From NCBI GenBank assembly GCA_964349275.1, contig CAYGFT010000001.1, positions 20,795 through 66,103 on the forward strand: a stretch of 45,309 nucleotides of DNA, written 5' to 3'. This DNA comes from an uncultured Candidatus Saccharibacteria bacterium (GTDB lineage Bacteria > Patescibacteriota > Minisyncoccia > Ryanbacterales > 2-02-FULL-48-12). Below the pieces are notes generated by a model that saw only the letters and a list, made by a program, of their open reading frames with translations, searched no databases and was not told the DNA's origin. The first letter of the stretch is position 1. Each line of letters opens with the position of its first letter. Both the position numbers and the translations under genes were made by a program. Of this stretch, positions 35,849-44,985 are shown one piece after another.

Positions 35849-36502
35849 ATGGCACGCGCGGATGTAGTGCTTCTGGGGTGTGCAGATATCTCGCGCGATG
35901 CTTATGCACTCCGCATGCATGATAGTCGTATGGGGCACCTCGCGCTAAAACAGGCATTTGTTGATTTCTCAGGCGGTACGATAGGTAGGGACGCTATATT
36001 AGTGGCCCACCATCCGAGTGGGGCGCCGTACGTAAAAGGGAGTGATGTATACGGTTCTCTCGCTCATACAAAGGGAGTTGGCATAGGAGCGGTCTCGGTT
36101 GGTCCTATTGGTGTTGATGTGGAGTACGCCAAAGATCGTGTATATGCGCAACAGCTTCTTGCTTATACCGCTACAAAGCATGAAGTTGATGAGGTGGCGT
36201 CCCGGATGGCTTTGCCGCTACAGGATTTGGTGGCATATATATGGACGGTCAAAGAGTCTGTGCGTAAGCTCCTCGCTGATGCTCGGCCGTATCACCCAAA
36301 AGAATTTTTTATACGCATGGAAGATCCGGGCGTGTGTACGGTAACGATGTGCACTCACCGTGCTTTGTGGCGAGTGCGCAGTTTTCAAAAAGAACGTTTT
36401 TGGTTTTCTGTGGCTCAAGAATATGCGCCGGACATCGTTTGTCCCTCGGCTGTTTGGCGTATTGCTGATGGACGTAAAATACGCAATAATGCCAGGAGAT
36501 AG
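35849..36502 (+). CDS. 4'-phosphopantetheinyl transferase (Sfp-type)
   Basis: GAPY, SLAHTKG, PIGVDVEY (the GxDxE motif) and WTVKESVRK (the W/FxxKES/AxxK motif). Confidence 0.75.
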   Translation: MARADVVLLGCADISRDAYALRMHDSRMGHLALKQAFVDFSGGTIGRDAILVAHHPSGAPYVKGSDVYGSLAHTKGVGIGAVSVGPIGVDVEYAKDRVYAQQLLAYTATKHEVDEVASRMALPLQDLVAYIWTVKESVRKLLADARPYHPKEFFIRMEDPGVCTVTMCTHRALWRVRSFQKERFWFSVAQEYAPDIVCPSAVWRIADGRKIRNNARR

Positions 36503-36504
36503 CT

Positions 36505-36924
36505 ATGCATATGTATACATTTAGCGGAATAGAGGAGGGGGATACTTTGCAGCGGGAGTACACTCTCACGGAGGAGGTCTACAAGAGTTTCTTGGATGCT
36601 TTTCAGGATACAAGCCCGTTGCATGTCGATGAAACATTTGCTCGAGAGCGTGGGTTTGCAGGCAGAGTCATGCATGGGGCACTTCTGAATGGCTTTGTGT
36701 CTCATTTTGTTGGAGTGGAGTACCCGGGAAAATATGCCATGCTCCAGTCGGTGGATATTCAGTACAAAAATCCAAACTATCTTGGTGATACGATACGGCT
36801 TGAGGCGGAGGTGATACAAAAAGTAGAGGCGCTCAAGGTGGTTATTATCAAAATACTCCTACAGAATGTGACGCAACAAAAAATAGCCGCTACAGCGCGT
36901 GCCCAGGTGGGGATGCTTGAGTAA
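36505..36924 (+). CDS. MaoC-like hotdog-fold dehydratase
   Basis: DTSPLHVDETFARERGFAGRVMHGALL is a hydratase 2-like motif. 139 aa. Confidence 0.75.
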   Translation: MHMYTFSGIEEGDTLQREYTLTEEVYKSFLDAFQDTSPLHVDETFARERGFAGRVMHGALLNGFVSHFVGVEYPGKYAMLQSVDIQYKNPNYLGDTIRLEAEVIQKVEALKVVIIKILLQNVTQQKIAATARAQVGMLE

Positions 36925-37005
36925 AATAAGCAGACGTATGCTGTGAGGTTGAGGATGTAGGTAGATAAATCTTTTGTGAATCGTAATGCATAAATCTTTC
37001 ATCTC

Positions 37006-37725
37006 ATGAACGTTTTTGTTACCGGTGGCTCGGGGGATATAGGCACGGCACTGGTGCGTATTTTGTCTGCACGCGGGGACACCGTGGTATTTACGTATCT
37101 TACACATAAAGATCAAGCGCAAGAACTTGCTCAAGAAACGGGTGCGACGTGTGTGCCGTACGATGCGACAAAGCGTGAGGATGTTGAGCGTATTGTACAG
37201 CTTATCGAGGCGAGCGCATTTGACGGACTCGTGCACAATGCCCTCTCTCGCCCCAAGCGTGGATCGTTGCTCTCTATGAACGTCGGCGATTTTGTCTCCT
37301 ATCAATCAGAAGGGCTTATGCCGGTATTTCGCATCTCGCAAGTATTTGCTCAAAAAGCCAAAGATGAGAAGCGTGCAGGTGCTATCGTGAGCGTACTTTC
37401 ATCCTACGTGTTGGGTATGCCGCCACAAAAACTTATTGAGTATGTGACACTCAAGTACGCTCTGCTCGGTCTTACTCGAGCTATGGCTGCAGAGCTTACG
37501 CCGCAAAATATACGTGTCAACGCCGTTTCCCCGAGTATTATGCGTACCAGCTATACCGGCGATATCCCTGAGCGTCTAATGGAGATGGAGGAGGAGGATG
37601 CATCCATGAAGCGTCTGGCGCGCCCCGAAGAGGTGGCGTCTAGCATTGCATTTCTGCTTTCAGATCAAGCGTCATATATTTCAGGTGCCAATATTCCGAT
37701 CACAGGAGGAGGCGTCGCATGCTAA
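37006..37725 (+). CDS. SDR-family oxidoreductase (3-oxoacyl-ACP reductase-like)
   Basis: VFVTGGSGDIGTAL is the TGxxxGxG motif. S...YVTLK is the catalytic YxxxK. The C-terminus has ISGANIPITGG. Confidence 0.85.
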   Translation: MNVFVTGGSGDIGTALVRILSARGDTVVFTYLTHKDQAQELAQETGATCVPYDATKREDVERIVQLIEASAFDGLVHNALSRPKRGSLLSMNVGDFVSYQSEGLMPVFRISQVFAQKAKDEKRAGAIVSVLSSYVLGMPPQKLIEYVTLKYALLGLTRAMAAELTPQNIRVNAVSPSIMRTSYTGDIPERLMEMEEEDASMKRLARPEEVASSIAFLLSDQASYISGANIPITGGGVAC

Positions 37726-39476
37726 CACCTGATACAAAACATTTGCAATATGCAAATTTGCTCAAGGAGGCAAAAAATCCTGGCGATTTTGTGCATACAA
37801 AAATCCTCAAGATAGCGCTTTTGGGAGACGTAGCGACACAACATCTTGCTCTGATGGTGCGCGCATTATTTGCTCGCGAGCATATAAAGACGGAAATATA
37901 CGAGGGGGGATTTGGCGCGACCGAACTGGAGGTATTCAATCCTGATTCAGCGCTTTATCGTTTTGTGCCGGATATTATTGTGGTACTCCATGCAACGCAC
38001 GGCATGCGTGATCGATATCATAGTCTCGAGAGATCCGCTTTGTTTGCGGTCGAGGCATCCGCGCGCGCCGTGTCTCTCTGGGATGCAATACGAAGTCATT
38101 CGGAGGCTCTGGTCATCCAGTCTAATGTAGCGCTTCCCTATGAGCGACTCTTTGGTCAATACGATCATTATGTGCCTGGATCACTCTCTATGTCTCTTGT
38201 GGATTTTAATCAAAAACTTTCCGAGAAGGTGCGTCTTGCAAAAAACATTCGTGTGCTTGATCTGGAGTATCTCGCTTCTTATGTCGGACGTAAAGACTGG
38301 TTTGATGAAAAAATGTGGGTGATCGGCAAATCCTTATGTGCTCCCGCGTATCTTCCCCATGTGGCCCAAGCTATCACTGATATTGCGCTTTCTCATCAGG
38401 GTAAAGGGGTCAAGTGCCTTATTCTTGATCTTGACAATACACTCTGGGGAGGGGTGGTAGGAGATGATGGCTTGGAGGGCATACAGCTGGGGCATGGAGG
38501 CGAGGGTGAGGCATTTCATACATTCCAGGTATTTTTACTGGCACTAAAAAATCGTGGTATTATTCTTGCGGTATGCAGTAAAAATGAAAAAGAGACGGCA
38601 CTCAAGGTATTTCGTGAGCACCCCGATATGGTTTTGCGTGAAAAAGACATAGCGGTGTTTATGGCAAACTGGCAAAACAAAGCCGACAATATCAAAGAGA
38701 TACAGCGTATACTCAACATCGGATTTGACTCGATGGTATTTCTGGATGACAACCCATTTGAGCGCAATCTTGTGCGGGATCGTCTACCCGAGGTGATAGT
38801 GCCCGAGCTTCCCGAAGACCCGGCAGATTATGTAAAGGCGCTTTCAGAGCTTAATCTTTTTGAAGTAGCTTCGTTCTCCGAAGAGGATGCCAAGCGTGCA
38901 GATATGTATCGTGAGGAGGCGTCTCGGGTGATTGCCAAAGCTTCTTATGCAAGTATCGATGATTACCTAGCCTCACTTGCTATGGAGGGGTGGGTTGCCC
39001 GTTTTGATGAGTTTCATCTGCCGCGTATTGCACAGCTCATACTCCGAAGCAACCAGTTCAATCTCACGACGCGCCGTTACACGGATGCCGAGTGTGCAAA
39101 GTTTATGCAAGACGAAAAAAATTACTATCCTTTTTATGTGACTCTAAAGGATACGTTTGGTGATTACGGCCTCGTGGGCCTTGCCATACTCAAGCGTGAT
39201 GGCATACGCGCTTTTGTGGATACATGGCTCATGAGTTGCCGGGTGCTGGCGCGCGGAGTAGAGGAGCTCATGTTGAATCATGCGGTAGCGCAGGCAAAAG
39301 CCTGGGGATGCACGGAGTTGGGAGGTGAGTATGTCCCAACTACAAAAAATATGATGGTTAAAGATTTTTACCCAAGGTTTGGGTTTGAGCTAGTTTCGGA
39401 TGAGGATGGTCACACGGTATGGAGATTACCGACCGCAACCTATGAGGATAAAAAGATACATATTACGCTTGTGTAG
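37719..39476 (+). CDS. FkbH-like HAD-IIIC phosphatase/acyl-loading protein with a C-terminal GNAT-like domain
   Basis: LILDLDNTLWGGVVGDDG is the HAD motif I in the characteristic FkbH context. AVCSKNE is HAD motif II. 585 aa. It overlaps the SDR stop by 7 nt. Confidence 0.85.
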   Translation: MLTPDTKHLQYANLLKEAKNPGDFVHTKILKIALLGDVATQHLALMVRALFAREHIKTEIYEGGFGATELEVFNPDSALYRFVPDIIVVLHATHGMRDRYHSLERSALFAVEASARAVSLWDAIRSHSEALVIQSNVALPYERLFGQYDHYVPGSLSMSLVDFNQKLSEKVRLAKNIRVLDLEYLASYVGRKDWFDEKMWVIGKSLCAPAYLPHVAQAITDIALSHQGKGVKCLILDLDNTLWGGVVGDDGLEGIQLGHGGEGEAFHTFQVFLLALKNRGIILAVCSKNEKETALKVFREHPDMVLREKDIAVFMANWQNKADNIKEIQRILNIGFDSMVFLDDNPFERNLVRDRLPEVIVPELPEDPADYVKALSELNLFEVASFSEEDAKRADMYREEASRVIAKASYASIDDYLASLAMEGWVARFDEFHLPRIAQLILRSNQFNLTTRRYTDAECAKFMQDEKNYYPFYVTLKDTFGDYGLVGLAILKRDGIRAFVDTWLMSCRVLARGVEELMLNHAVAQAKAWGCTELGGEYVPTTKNMMVKDFYPRFGFELVSDEDGHTVWRLPTATYEDKKIHITLV

Positions 39477-39484
39477 ATATCGAT

Positions 39485-39736
39485 ATGCCTATGAGCCGAG
39501 AAGAGATTAAAACAAAATTAGAGGCGATATTGCGCGATGTATTTGGTGACCCTGCACTCGCTATCACCGAAGCTACTACTGCGTCTGACGTCTCGGATTG
39601 GGATTCACTCAATCACATCAATATTATTGTTGCGGTCGAGGAGGCGTTTGGTATTCGGTTTGCCACCCGCGAGGTCTACGTAGCGAATAATGTGGGAGAG
39701 TTTGTAAACTTGATAGCCAAAAAACTTCAGCCGTAA
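39485..39736 (+). CDS. Acyl carrier protein
   Basis: 83 aa and acidic. The phosphopantetheine attachment context is SDWDSLNHINIIVAVEEAF. Confidence 0.8.
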   Translation: MPMSREEIKTKLEAILRDVFGDPALAITEATTASDVSDWDSLNHINIIVAVEEAFGIRFATREVYVANNVGEFVNLIAKKLQP

Positions 39737-39753
39737 AAGCTAGATATGTTTTT

Positions 39754-40195
39754 ATGAAAGAGCGTCACAAGGTGGTCCCCGCAGTGTATCTTTTTCTCAT
39801 CAAAGACGAAAAGATACTGCTTGGGAGAAGGTGTAATACCAGCTATATGGACGGAAAATATATGGTGCCCCGCGGGACACGTAGAAGTAGGTGAGGCGCT
39901 TACCGCGGCCATGATACGGGAAGCAAAAGAAGAAATCGGCATTGATATACAAAAAGAGGATTTGCGTCTGGTACATGTTTTATATCGCCCCAAGCATGAC
40001 GAGACGGGCGAGCGGATGGATTTTTTCTTTACTGTGCGGGATTGGACGGGGGAGATAGAAAATAAAGAGCCGGAGAAGTGCGATATTCTTGATTGGTTTA
40101 GTGGTGATAGTCTCCCGGAAGAAATCGTTCCTTATGTCAAGCTCGCTTTTGGAAAAAGCTTGGATGGCGTGCTTCTTTCGGAATTTGGATGGTAA
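39754..40195 (+). pseudogene. NUDIX hydrolase disrupted by a +1 frameshift in a C4 run (39868-39871)
   Basis: The frame from ATG 39754 gives MKERHKVVPAVYLFLIKDEKILLGRRCNTSYMDGKYMVP and then a stop at 39892. The next frame continues AGHVEVGEALTAAMIREAKEEIGI, a complete Nudix box Gx5Ex7REUxEExGU, through to 40195. Removing one C joins the two parts. Confidence 0.7.
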
Positions 40196-40247
40196 TTTAT
40201 CAATTTAGATTTCCCCTAACCCTTATACCTCTTACGCCTTTCTCCTC

Positions 40248-41681
40248 ATGCAATTTTACTCCCTTCCATTTCTCCTTGTCCTCGGCGTATCTGCCTTTTT
40301 CTATTATCGCGTCAAGCCCAGGAATCAGGCGGTATATCTCTCGCTTGTCTCTATTATTTTTTATGCGCTTTGGAGTATCCCCTATGCAGTGTTACTGTTT
40401 TTGATTGCGTGGGTTGTTTTTCTTGTCGCAAAGCGGATGGAGTACTCGGTAGAGAATATTAAATACCGCGAAGCCATGTTTGCGGTAGGAGCACTTCTTC
40501 TGGTACTCGGGATTTTTAAGTATGCGGGCGAGCTTGCAGAGTTTTTTTCGGTTGATGCGCCATTCCTCGGCATGCTTGCCCCTGTCGGGATCTCTTACTA
40601 TACATTCAAACTCATAAGCTACGTGGTGGATGTATATAGCGGTAAGCTTGTGCCCGAGAAAAGTTTTGCCATGTTTTTCTCTTATGTTGCGTTTTTCCCT
40701 CAGATTTTGGCGGGACCCATTCAACGGGCGGTTGATTTTTTACCACAAATCTCCTCCCCGCATCCACCCAATGTCTCCATGGTTACCAGTGGTCTCCGAC
40801 TTATCCTTTTTGGGATATTTAAAAAACTGGTCATAGCAGACGCGCTTTCTCTGGTAGTCGCAGAGGGGTTTAAAGAACCCGGATCCTATTCGGGGCTTGA
40901 GCTTCTTATTATAAGTTATCTATTCGCGATACAGCTCTATGCGGATTTCTCGGGTATCACGGATATCGCCATCGGATCGGCGCGGCTCTTTGGTATCACC
41001 ATACCCAAAAATTTCGCCAACCCATTTTATGCTCCGACCATCCAGGATTTTTGGCGGCGGTGGCACATGACGCTCACCGCATGGCTTACGGATTATGTAT
41101 TTTTGCCTTTGCGGATGTATATGCGCTATTGGGGAGCTATTGGGCTCGCGATAAGTATCTTTGTCAATATGGTGCTTATCGGTCTATGGCATGGCGCGAG
41201 TGCCAATTTTATTTTGTTTGGCATATTACAAGCTGTCTATATGATAGTTTCGGTATTTACCCTTAAGGCGAGGGATAGGATGTTTGCTCGTGTTCCGATA
41301 GTACTGCAAAAATTGCGCTCCCTATGGCAACCGATGACTGTGTTCACTTGTATAGCGCTTTCACTGATACTCTTTCGTGCACAGAGTTTTAGAGAAGTGG
41401 CTTTGTTTTTTGGCGGCCTTTCTACTCTTTTGCATGATATATCGCTCCATCATTTGCGTGAGACTCTGGTGGTGACGCTTGGTGATACGCGCCTCGCTGT
41501 GGTGCTCGTCGGGTTGATTCTCATGGAGGCTATACACATAGGCTGGAGTGTCGAGCGGGTAAAGGCATGGATGGTACGTTTACCAAGAGCGCTTCGTTGG
41601 TCGGTGTATTACGCGATGATCATGGCTATCGTGTTTTTTGGAGACCAGACCTCCCGCGCGTTTATTTATTTTCAGTTTTAA
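40248..41681 (+). CDS. MBOAT-family membrane O-acyltransferase (DltB/AlgI/PatA-like)
   Basis: FANPFYAPTIQDFWRRWHMTLTAWLTDYVFLPL and LIGLWHGAS (the conserved His region). 477 aa and polytopic. Confidence 0.9.
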   Translation: MQFYSLPFLLVLGVSAFFYYRVKPRNQAVYLSLVSIIFYALWSIPYAVLLFLIAWVVFLVAKRMEYSVENIKYREAMFAVGALLLVLGIFKYAGELAEFFSVDAPFLGMLAPVGISYYTFKLISYVVDVYSGKLVPEKSFAMFFSYVAFFPQILAGPIQRAVDFLPQISSPHPPNVSMVTSGLRLILFGIFKKLVIADALSLVVAEGFKEPGSYSGLELLIISYLFAIQLYADFSGITDIAIGSARLFGITIPKNFANPFYAPTIQDFWRRWHMTLTAWLTDYVFLPLRMYMRYWGAIGLAISIFVNMVLIGLWHGASANFILFGILQAVYMIVSVFTLKARDRMFARVPIVLQKLRSLWQPMTVFTCIALSLILFRAQSFREVALFFGGLSTLLHDISLHHLRETLVVTLGDTRLAVVLVGLILMEAIHIGWSVERVKAWMVRLPRALRWSVYYAMIMAIVFFGDQTSRAFIYFQF

Positions 41682-41707
41682 AAACTAAGTACCTCCACAT
41701 TCAATTC

Positions 41708-42547
41708 ATGAAAAATTTTGAATTCATGCCTTATGACAGAGTTGTAGGTGTCCAGCCGGATTGGCAGGAGGAGACAGAGAGATTGCTTGCCGCATATTAT
41801 GCGGAACACGGGACGTCGGTTATTGAGGGTTTTGAACTTGAGAAAACCCAACGGGACAAGGAAATTATAAAATTTGCCGAAGACGCTGTATCTGCGTATT
41901 TGCGTGCATATGGCAGGGAGCCAAAATTTGACGTACCACTGGAAAAAATTCACTTTCTTCGAGATGGTGGTACCAAAGAATTTACCCAAGGTAAATTGGG
42001 TGGGGGTGCTCATGCCACCAAGTTTGGTAGTATGCTCGTAGACAGGTCTGACTCGGATATCCAGACAGCTCTTATTACATTTCATGAACTCTTTCACACA
42101 AAATCATACAGTGCTTTGCAGATAACGACGCCGGATATGGAGGGGGTAAAAAAACTTGAGGCTTACCGGAACGGATTTACGGTAACTTCCCGGGATGGCA
42201 GGGAGGAATATTTTCATGATTTTGAGGAAGCAGTCATATCGCTTATGACGAAGCGTTTTTATGATGAAGAAATTTCCCAAAATGAGACGTTTAAAAAAGA
42301 ATTAGATTCCGGATGTATGCCTGATATGAGTCGGACAAAAGAAGCTGGGGGTTTGTCCGGTCTTGTGGATGACATATGGAACTCAAACAGGGATTCTTAT
42401 TCGAGCCGTGAGCAAGTTATGGATATTTTTATCAAAGCTCAAATCGATGGAAATCTCTTGCCGGTCGCTCGTCTTGTTGAAAGTACTTACGGGGAAGGAA
42501 GTTTTCGTGAGCTAGGGGAGATAACAGGTAGAAAAGTCGAAGACTGA
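41708..42547 (+). CDS. Hypothetical soluble protein with an HExxH motif
   Basis: ITFHELFHTKSY is an HExxH motif. No signal peptide or TM segment is seen. I chose the ATG at 41708 because the tracked start (41567) overlaps the MBOAT gene. Confidence 0.5.
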   Translation: MKNFEFMPYDRVVGVQPDWQEETERLLAAYYAEHGTSVIEGFELEKTQRDKEIIKFAEDAVSAYLRAYGREPKFDVPLEKIHFLRDGGTKEFTQGKLGGGAHATKFGSMLVDRSDSDIQTALITFHELFHTKSYSALQITTPDMEGVKKLEAYRNGFTVTSRDGREEYFHDFEEAVISLMTKRFYDEEISQNETFKKELDSGCMPDMSRTKEAGGLSGLVDDIWNSNRDSYSSREQVMDIFIKAQIDGNLLPVARLVESTYGEGSFRELGEITGRKVED

Positions 42548-42559
42548 GACAATAGATAT

Positions 42560-43549
42560 ATGACGAGCTTTGTTAAAAAAATAGTAGTTTTTCTTTTAGG
42601 GCTCCTGCTCATCTTTGGAGTGCTGTCGTATCTGTATTCTTTTCGTGTGGGGTCGCGGGACAATTTTTATGCATTGGTCGATCGTTTTGATGATCCCAGC
42701 ATACAACCCAAAGTGCTGGTACTTGGGGATTCGCGTCCTACATTTGGCATACGCCAAGAGTTTTTGCCTTCGGATATCTATAACTTTAGTTTTCCCAGTG
42801 AGACATACCGCGAGATGTTTTTGAAAGTCGAGTATGCTTTGCAAAAAAAGCCCAGTATCAAATATATTGCGATCCCGATAGATTACCACATGCTCTCGGC
42901 TTTTTATGCGCGGGATAAGGACGCAGGACACATGTATCGCATTGCTTCGTTACAAAACATACGCGCGGTGTATGGGTTTTCTTGGGTAGAGTTTTGCAAA
43001 TCGTTTTTTCATGCATACGTACCGCTTACAGATTCAGAAAATAGATTTTTTTTCATTACGGTTATAAAAAAGGACCTTAGAGCACTTTTTACCCGTCAGC
43101 AAAATCCGCGGAGTATATCTGTAACTCCGTATGGCGATTTGGCACCACTGGAGCACAAACGCTGGGGGGATTTTTCGGATGAGGCAAAATATGCGCTTAC
43201 CAGCCGACGGATAGAGGATCATCTCCTTTCAGGATCTCTCGTGGAGCGGGAGATGGTAGATGCTCTCGATAAACTTTTGTATCTTGCACAAGCTCGAGGT
43301 GTGCAGGTTATTGCGGTGCGTTACCCACTCACTACTGCCTATGAAAATCGGGCACGTAAGCTTGCATTGGCTGAAGTAGAGCATGCATTTGACGAACACG
43401 CCCATAGATTTTTATTGGTACTCAATTATGTTGTATCGTTTGAGTCACACGAGGATGATTTGTTCCAGGACGCCGATCATCTCAATACTACGGGCGCCGA
43501 GGTGTTTACGAATATGTTTGTAAGGGATTTACACACTATGCTTAAATAA
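42560..43549 (+). CDS. Membrane-anchored SGNH-like protein (DltD/AlgJ/PatB-like partner of the MBOAT)
   Basis: N-terminal TM segment IVVFLLGLLLIFGVLSYLY. Block I is VLVLGDSRPTFG. The C-terminal DADHLNTTGAEVF is a DxxH block V. Confidence 0.6.
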   Translation: MTSFVKKIVVFLLGLLLIFGVLSYLYSFRVGSRDNFYALVDRFDDPSIQPKVLVLGDSRPTFGIRQEFLPSDIYNFSFPSETYREMFLKVEYALQKKPSIKYIAIPIDYHMLSAFYARDKDAGHMYRIASLQNIRAVYGFSWVEFCKSFFHAYVPLTDSENRFFFITVIKKDLRALFTRQQNPRSISVTPYGDLAPLEHKRWGDFSDEAKYALTSRRIEDHLLSGSLVEREMVDALDKLLYLAQARGVQVIAVRYPLTTAYENRARKLALAEVEHAFDEHAHRFLLVLNYVVSFESHEDDLFQDADHLNTTGAEVFTNMFVRDLHTMLK

Positions 43550-43555
43550 GGCCAT

Positions 43556-44953
43556 ATGGAGGTCAGGGCACTTTTTTCATTTGAACGGGTATATAAAGTC
43601 ATGCTTATCGTAGTGCTTGCTACGGCGCTTTTTCTGGTGCTATTCAGGTTTTTTGACCATGATGAGTTTGAAGCTATACATAGCATTTGGAAGATAGCGC
43701 AGGGCGAAAGAATCTATACTGACTTTGCCAATCAACACCATCCCCTCATGTATTACGCCTCTCTGCCGGTGTGGTATCTATTTGGTGAATCGGTCGCCAT
43801 GATTATAGCTATGCGGATGATTATGTTTTTCTTTTTCATAGGCATGCTCTGGTGTACATACCGTATGGCGCAAGACGTGTGGGGAAGGGAGGTCGGGTAT
43901 ATCAGTGTCTTATTTCTCGCGTCTACTATGATGTTTCTACAAAAGGCGATCGAAGTGCGACCCGATGTGCCACAGACCTTTTTTACGTTGTGGAGTGGTG
44001 TCTATCTCGTGCGTTACATTATGCATCGCGAGCGATCGTATCTCTATGCGAGTGCTATCCTCATGGGGATATCCTTTCTTTTTTTGCAAAAAGCATTATT
44101 TGCCATTCTGTTTGTGGGGGCGGTGCTCCTGTATGCCGTGCACAAAAAAGTCTTACCCATCAAGGATATATTTTTGTACGGCGGGTTGTTTGTATTGGTG
44201 CAGGCGCCCTATTTCATCTATCTTCTCTGGTCTGGTCAGCTACAGTCCTACATTGTCTGGAATTGGATTATGAATGCCAAACTTGATGTAGTATTTCCAC
44301 CGTATAAATTTATGGTAGCTGCATTTACCGAGAACAGTATCCTCTGGCTTTTCTATGCCTTTGGGATGCTCTGGTTTCTCAAAACTCCCTTGCAAAAATA
44401 TGTGGGAGCCGCTTCGATGTTCCTATTCCTCTCGGTATTTTTGGTGCCCGCGCCGAGCCAGCAATACTATATGATGGCTTTGCCGTTTGTGGCTGTGGTA
44501 TCAGCCGCTGGCTTCTATGGGATATGGAGAGATACGCCAAAGGCATATACACTCGGTATGGTGCTTGCGGTAGCGATGCCCTTTGTATCATTGGGCTATG
44601 CCATGACCAACTCCTTGAGCGGCGGCGAGTACAATGATCGCCAGCTCAAAAAGATCCAGTACGTGCTTTCCCACACCAAGCCTGATGACTTTGTCTACGA
44701 TGGGGATATTCAATTTAATATATTTCGAAAAGACTTAGACTTTTTTTGGTTTTCGGTCAGTCCGCATGTAGGCCAGCTTTCCACATACAAAAAGTGGAAG
44801 GGGTATGAATATGACATTTACCAACTGATTGAACAAAAAAAGCCAAAGATAATCTCCACCTACACGATCAGCAAAAACCTCTCCGACCCGCGCATCGTTA
44901 GTTTCTATATCCAGTCAGAAGAGTACCCTGATCTCTATATACGGAGGGATTGA
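43556..44953 (+). CDS. Polytopic GT-C/ArnT-like membrane glycosyltransferase
   Basis: First-loop acidic motif FFDHDEFEAIHSIW, ~11 TM segments, and a soluble C-terminal tail. Confidence 0.7.
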   Translation: MEVRALFSFERVYKVMLIVVLATALFLVLFRFFDHDEFEAIHSIWKIAQGERIYTDFANQHHPLMYYASLPVWYLFGESVAMIIAMRMIMFFFFIGMLWCTYRMAQDVWGREVGYISVLFLASTMMFLQKAIEVRPDVPQTFFTLWSGVYLVRYIMHRERSYLYASAILMGISFLFLQKALFAILFVGAVLLYAVHKKVLPIKDIFLYGGLFVLVQAPYFIYLLWSGQLQSYIVWNWIMNAKLDVVFPPYKFMVAAFTENSILWLFYAFGMLWFLKTPLQKYVGAASMFLFLSVFLVPAPSQQYYMMALPFVAVVSAAGFYGIWRDTPKAYTLGMVLAVAMPFVSLGYAMTNSLSGGEYNDRQLKKIQYVLSHTKPDDFVYDGDIQFNIFRKDLDFFWFSVSPHVGQLSTYKKWKGYEYDIYQLIEQKKPKIISTYTISKNLSDPRIVSFYIQSEEYPDLYIRRD

Positions 44954-44985
44954 AAAATACATAGATATATGGTATTATATTTTCC

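Noticed and set aside
36415-37305. Minus-strand ORFs 36415..36819 (134 aa) and 36859..37305 (148 aa)
   Set aside because: They are antisense to the PPTase, MaoC and SDR genes, which have diagnostic motifs. They are likely shadow ORFs.
35849-39736. Interpretation as a polyketide or methoxymalonyl-ACP secondary-metabolite cluster
   Set aside because: There is no ketosynthase, acyltransferase, FkbG-type O-methyltransferase or acyl-CoA dehydrogenase-like gene. The block is embedded in glycosyltransferase genes and followed by an MBOAT/SGNH pair, so glycan acylation is the better reading.
39727-39993. 88-aa minus-strand ORF
   Set aside because: It is antisense to the frameshifted NUDIX gene, whose Nudix box explains the region.
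40189-40404. 71-aa + strand ORF overlapping the MBOAT start
   Set aside because: It is out of frame with the well-supported MBOAT CDS (ATG 40248) and is a low-complexity Ser/Phe/Leu/Pro sequence.
41567-41707. N-terminal extension of tracked ORF 41567..42547
   Set aside because: It overlaps the MBOAT 3' end out of frame. ATG 41708 follows the MBOAT stop.
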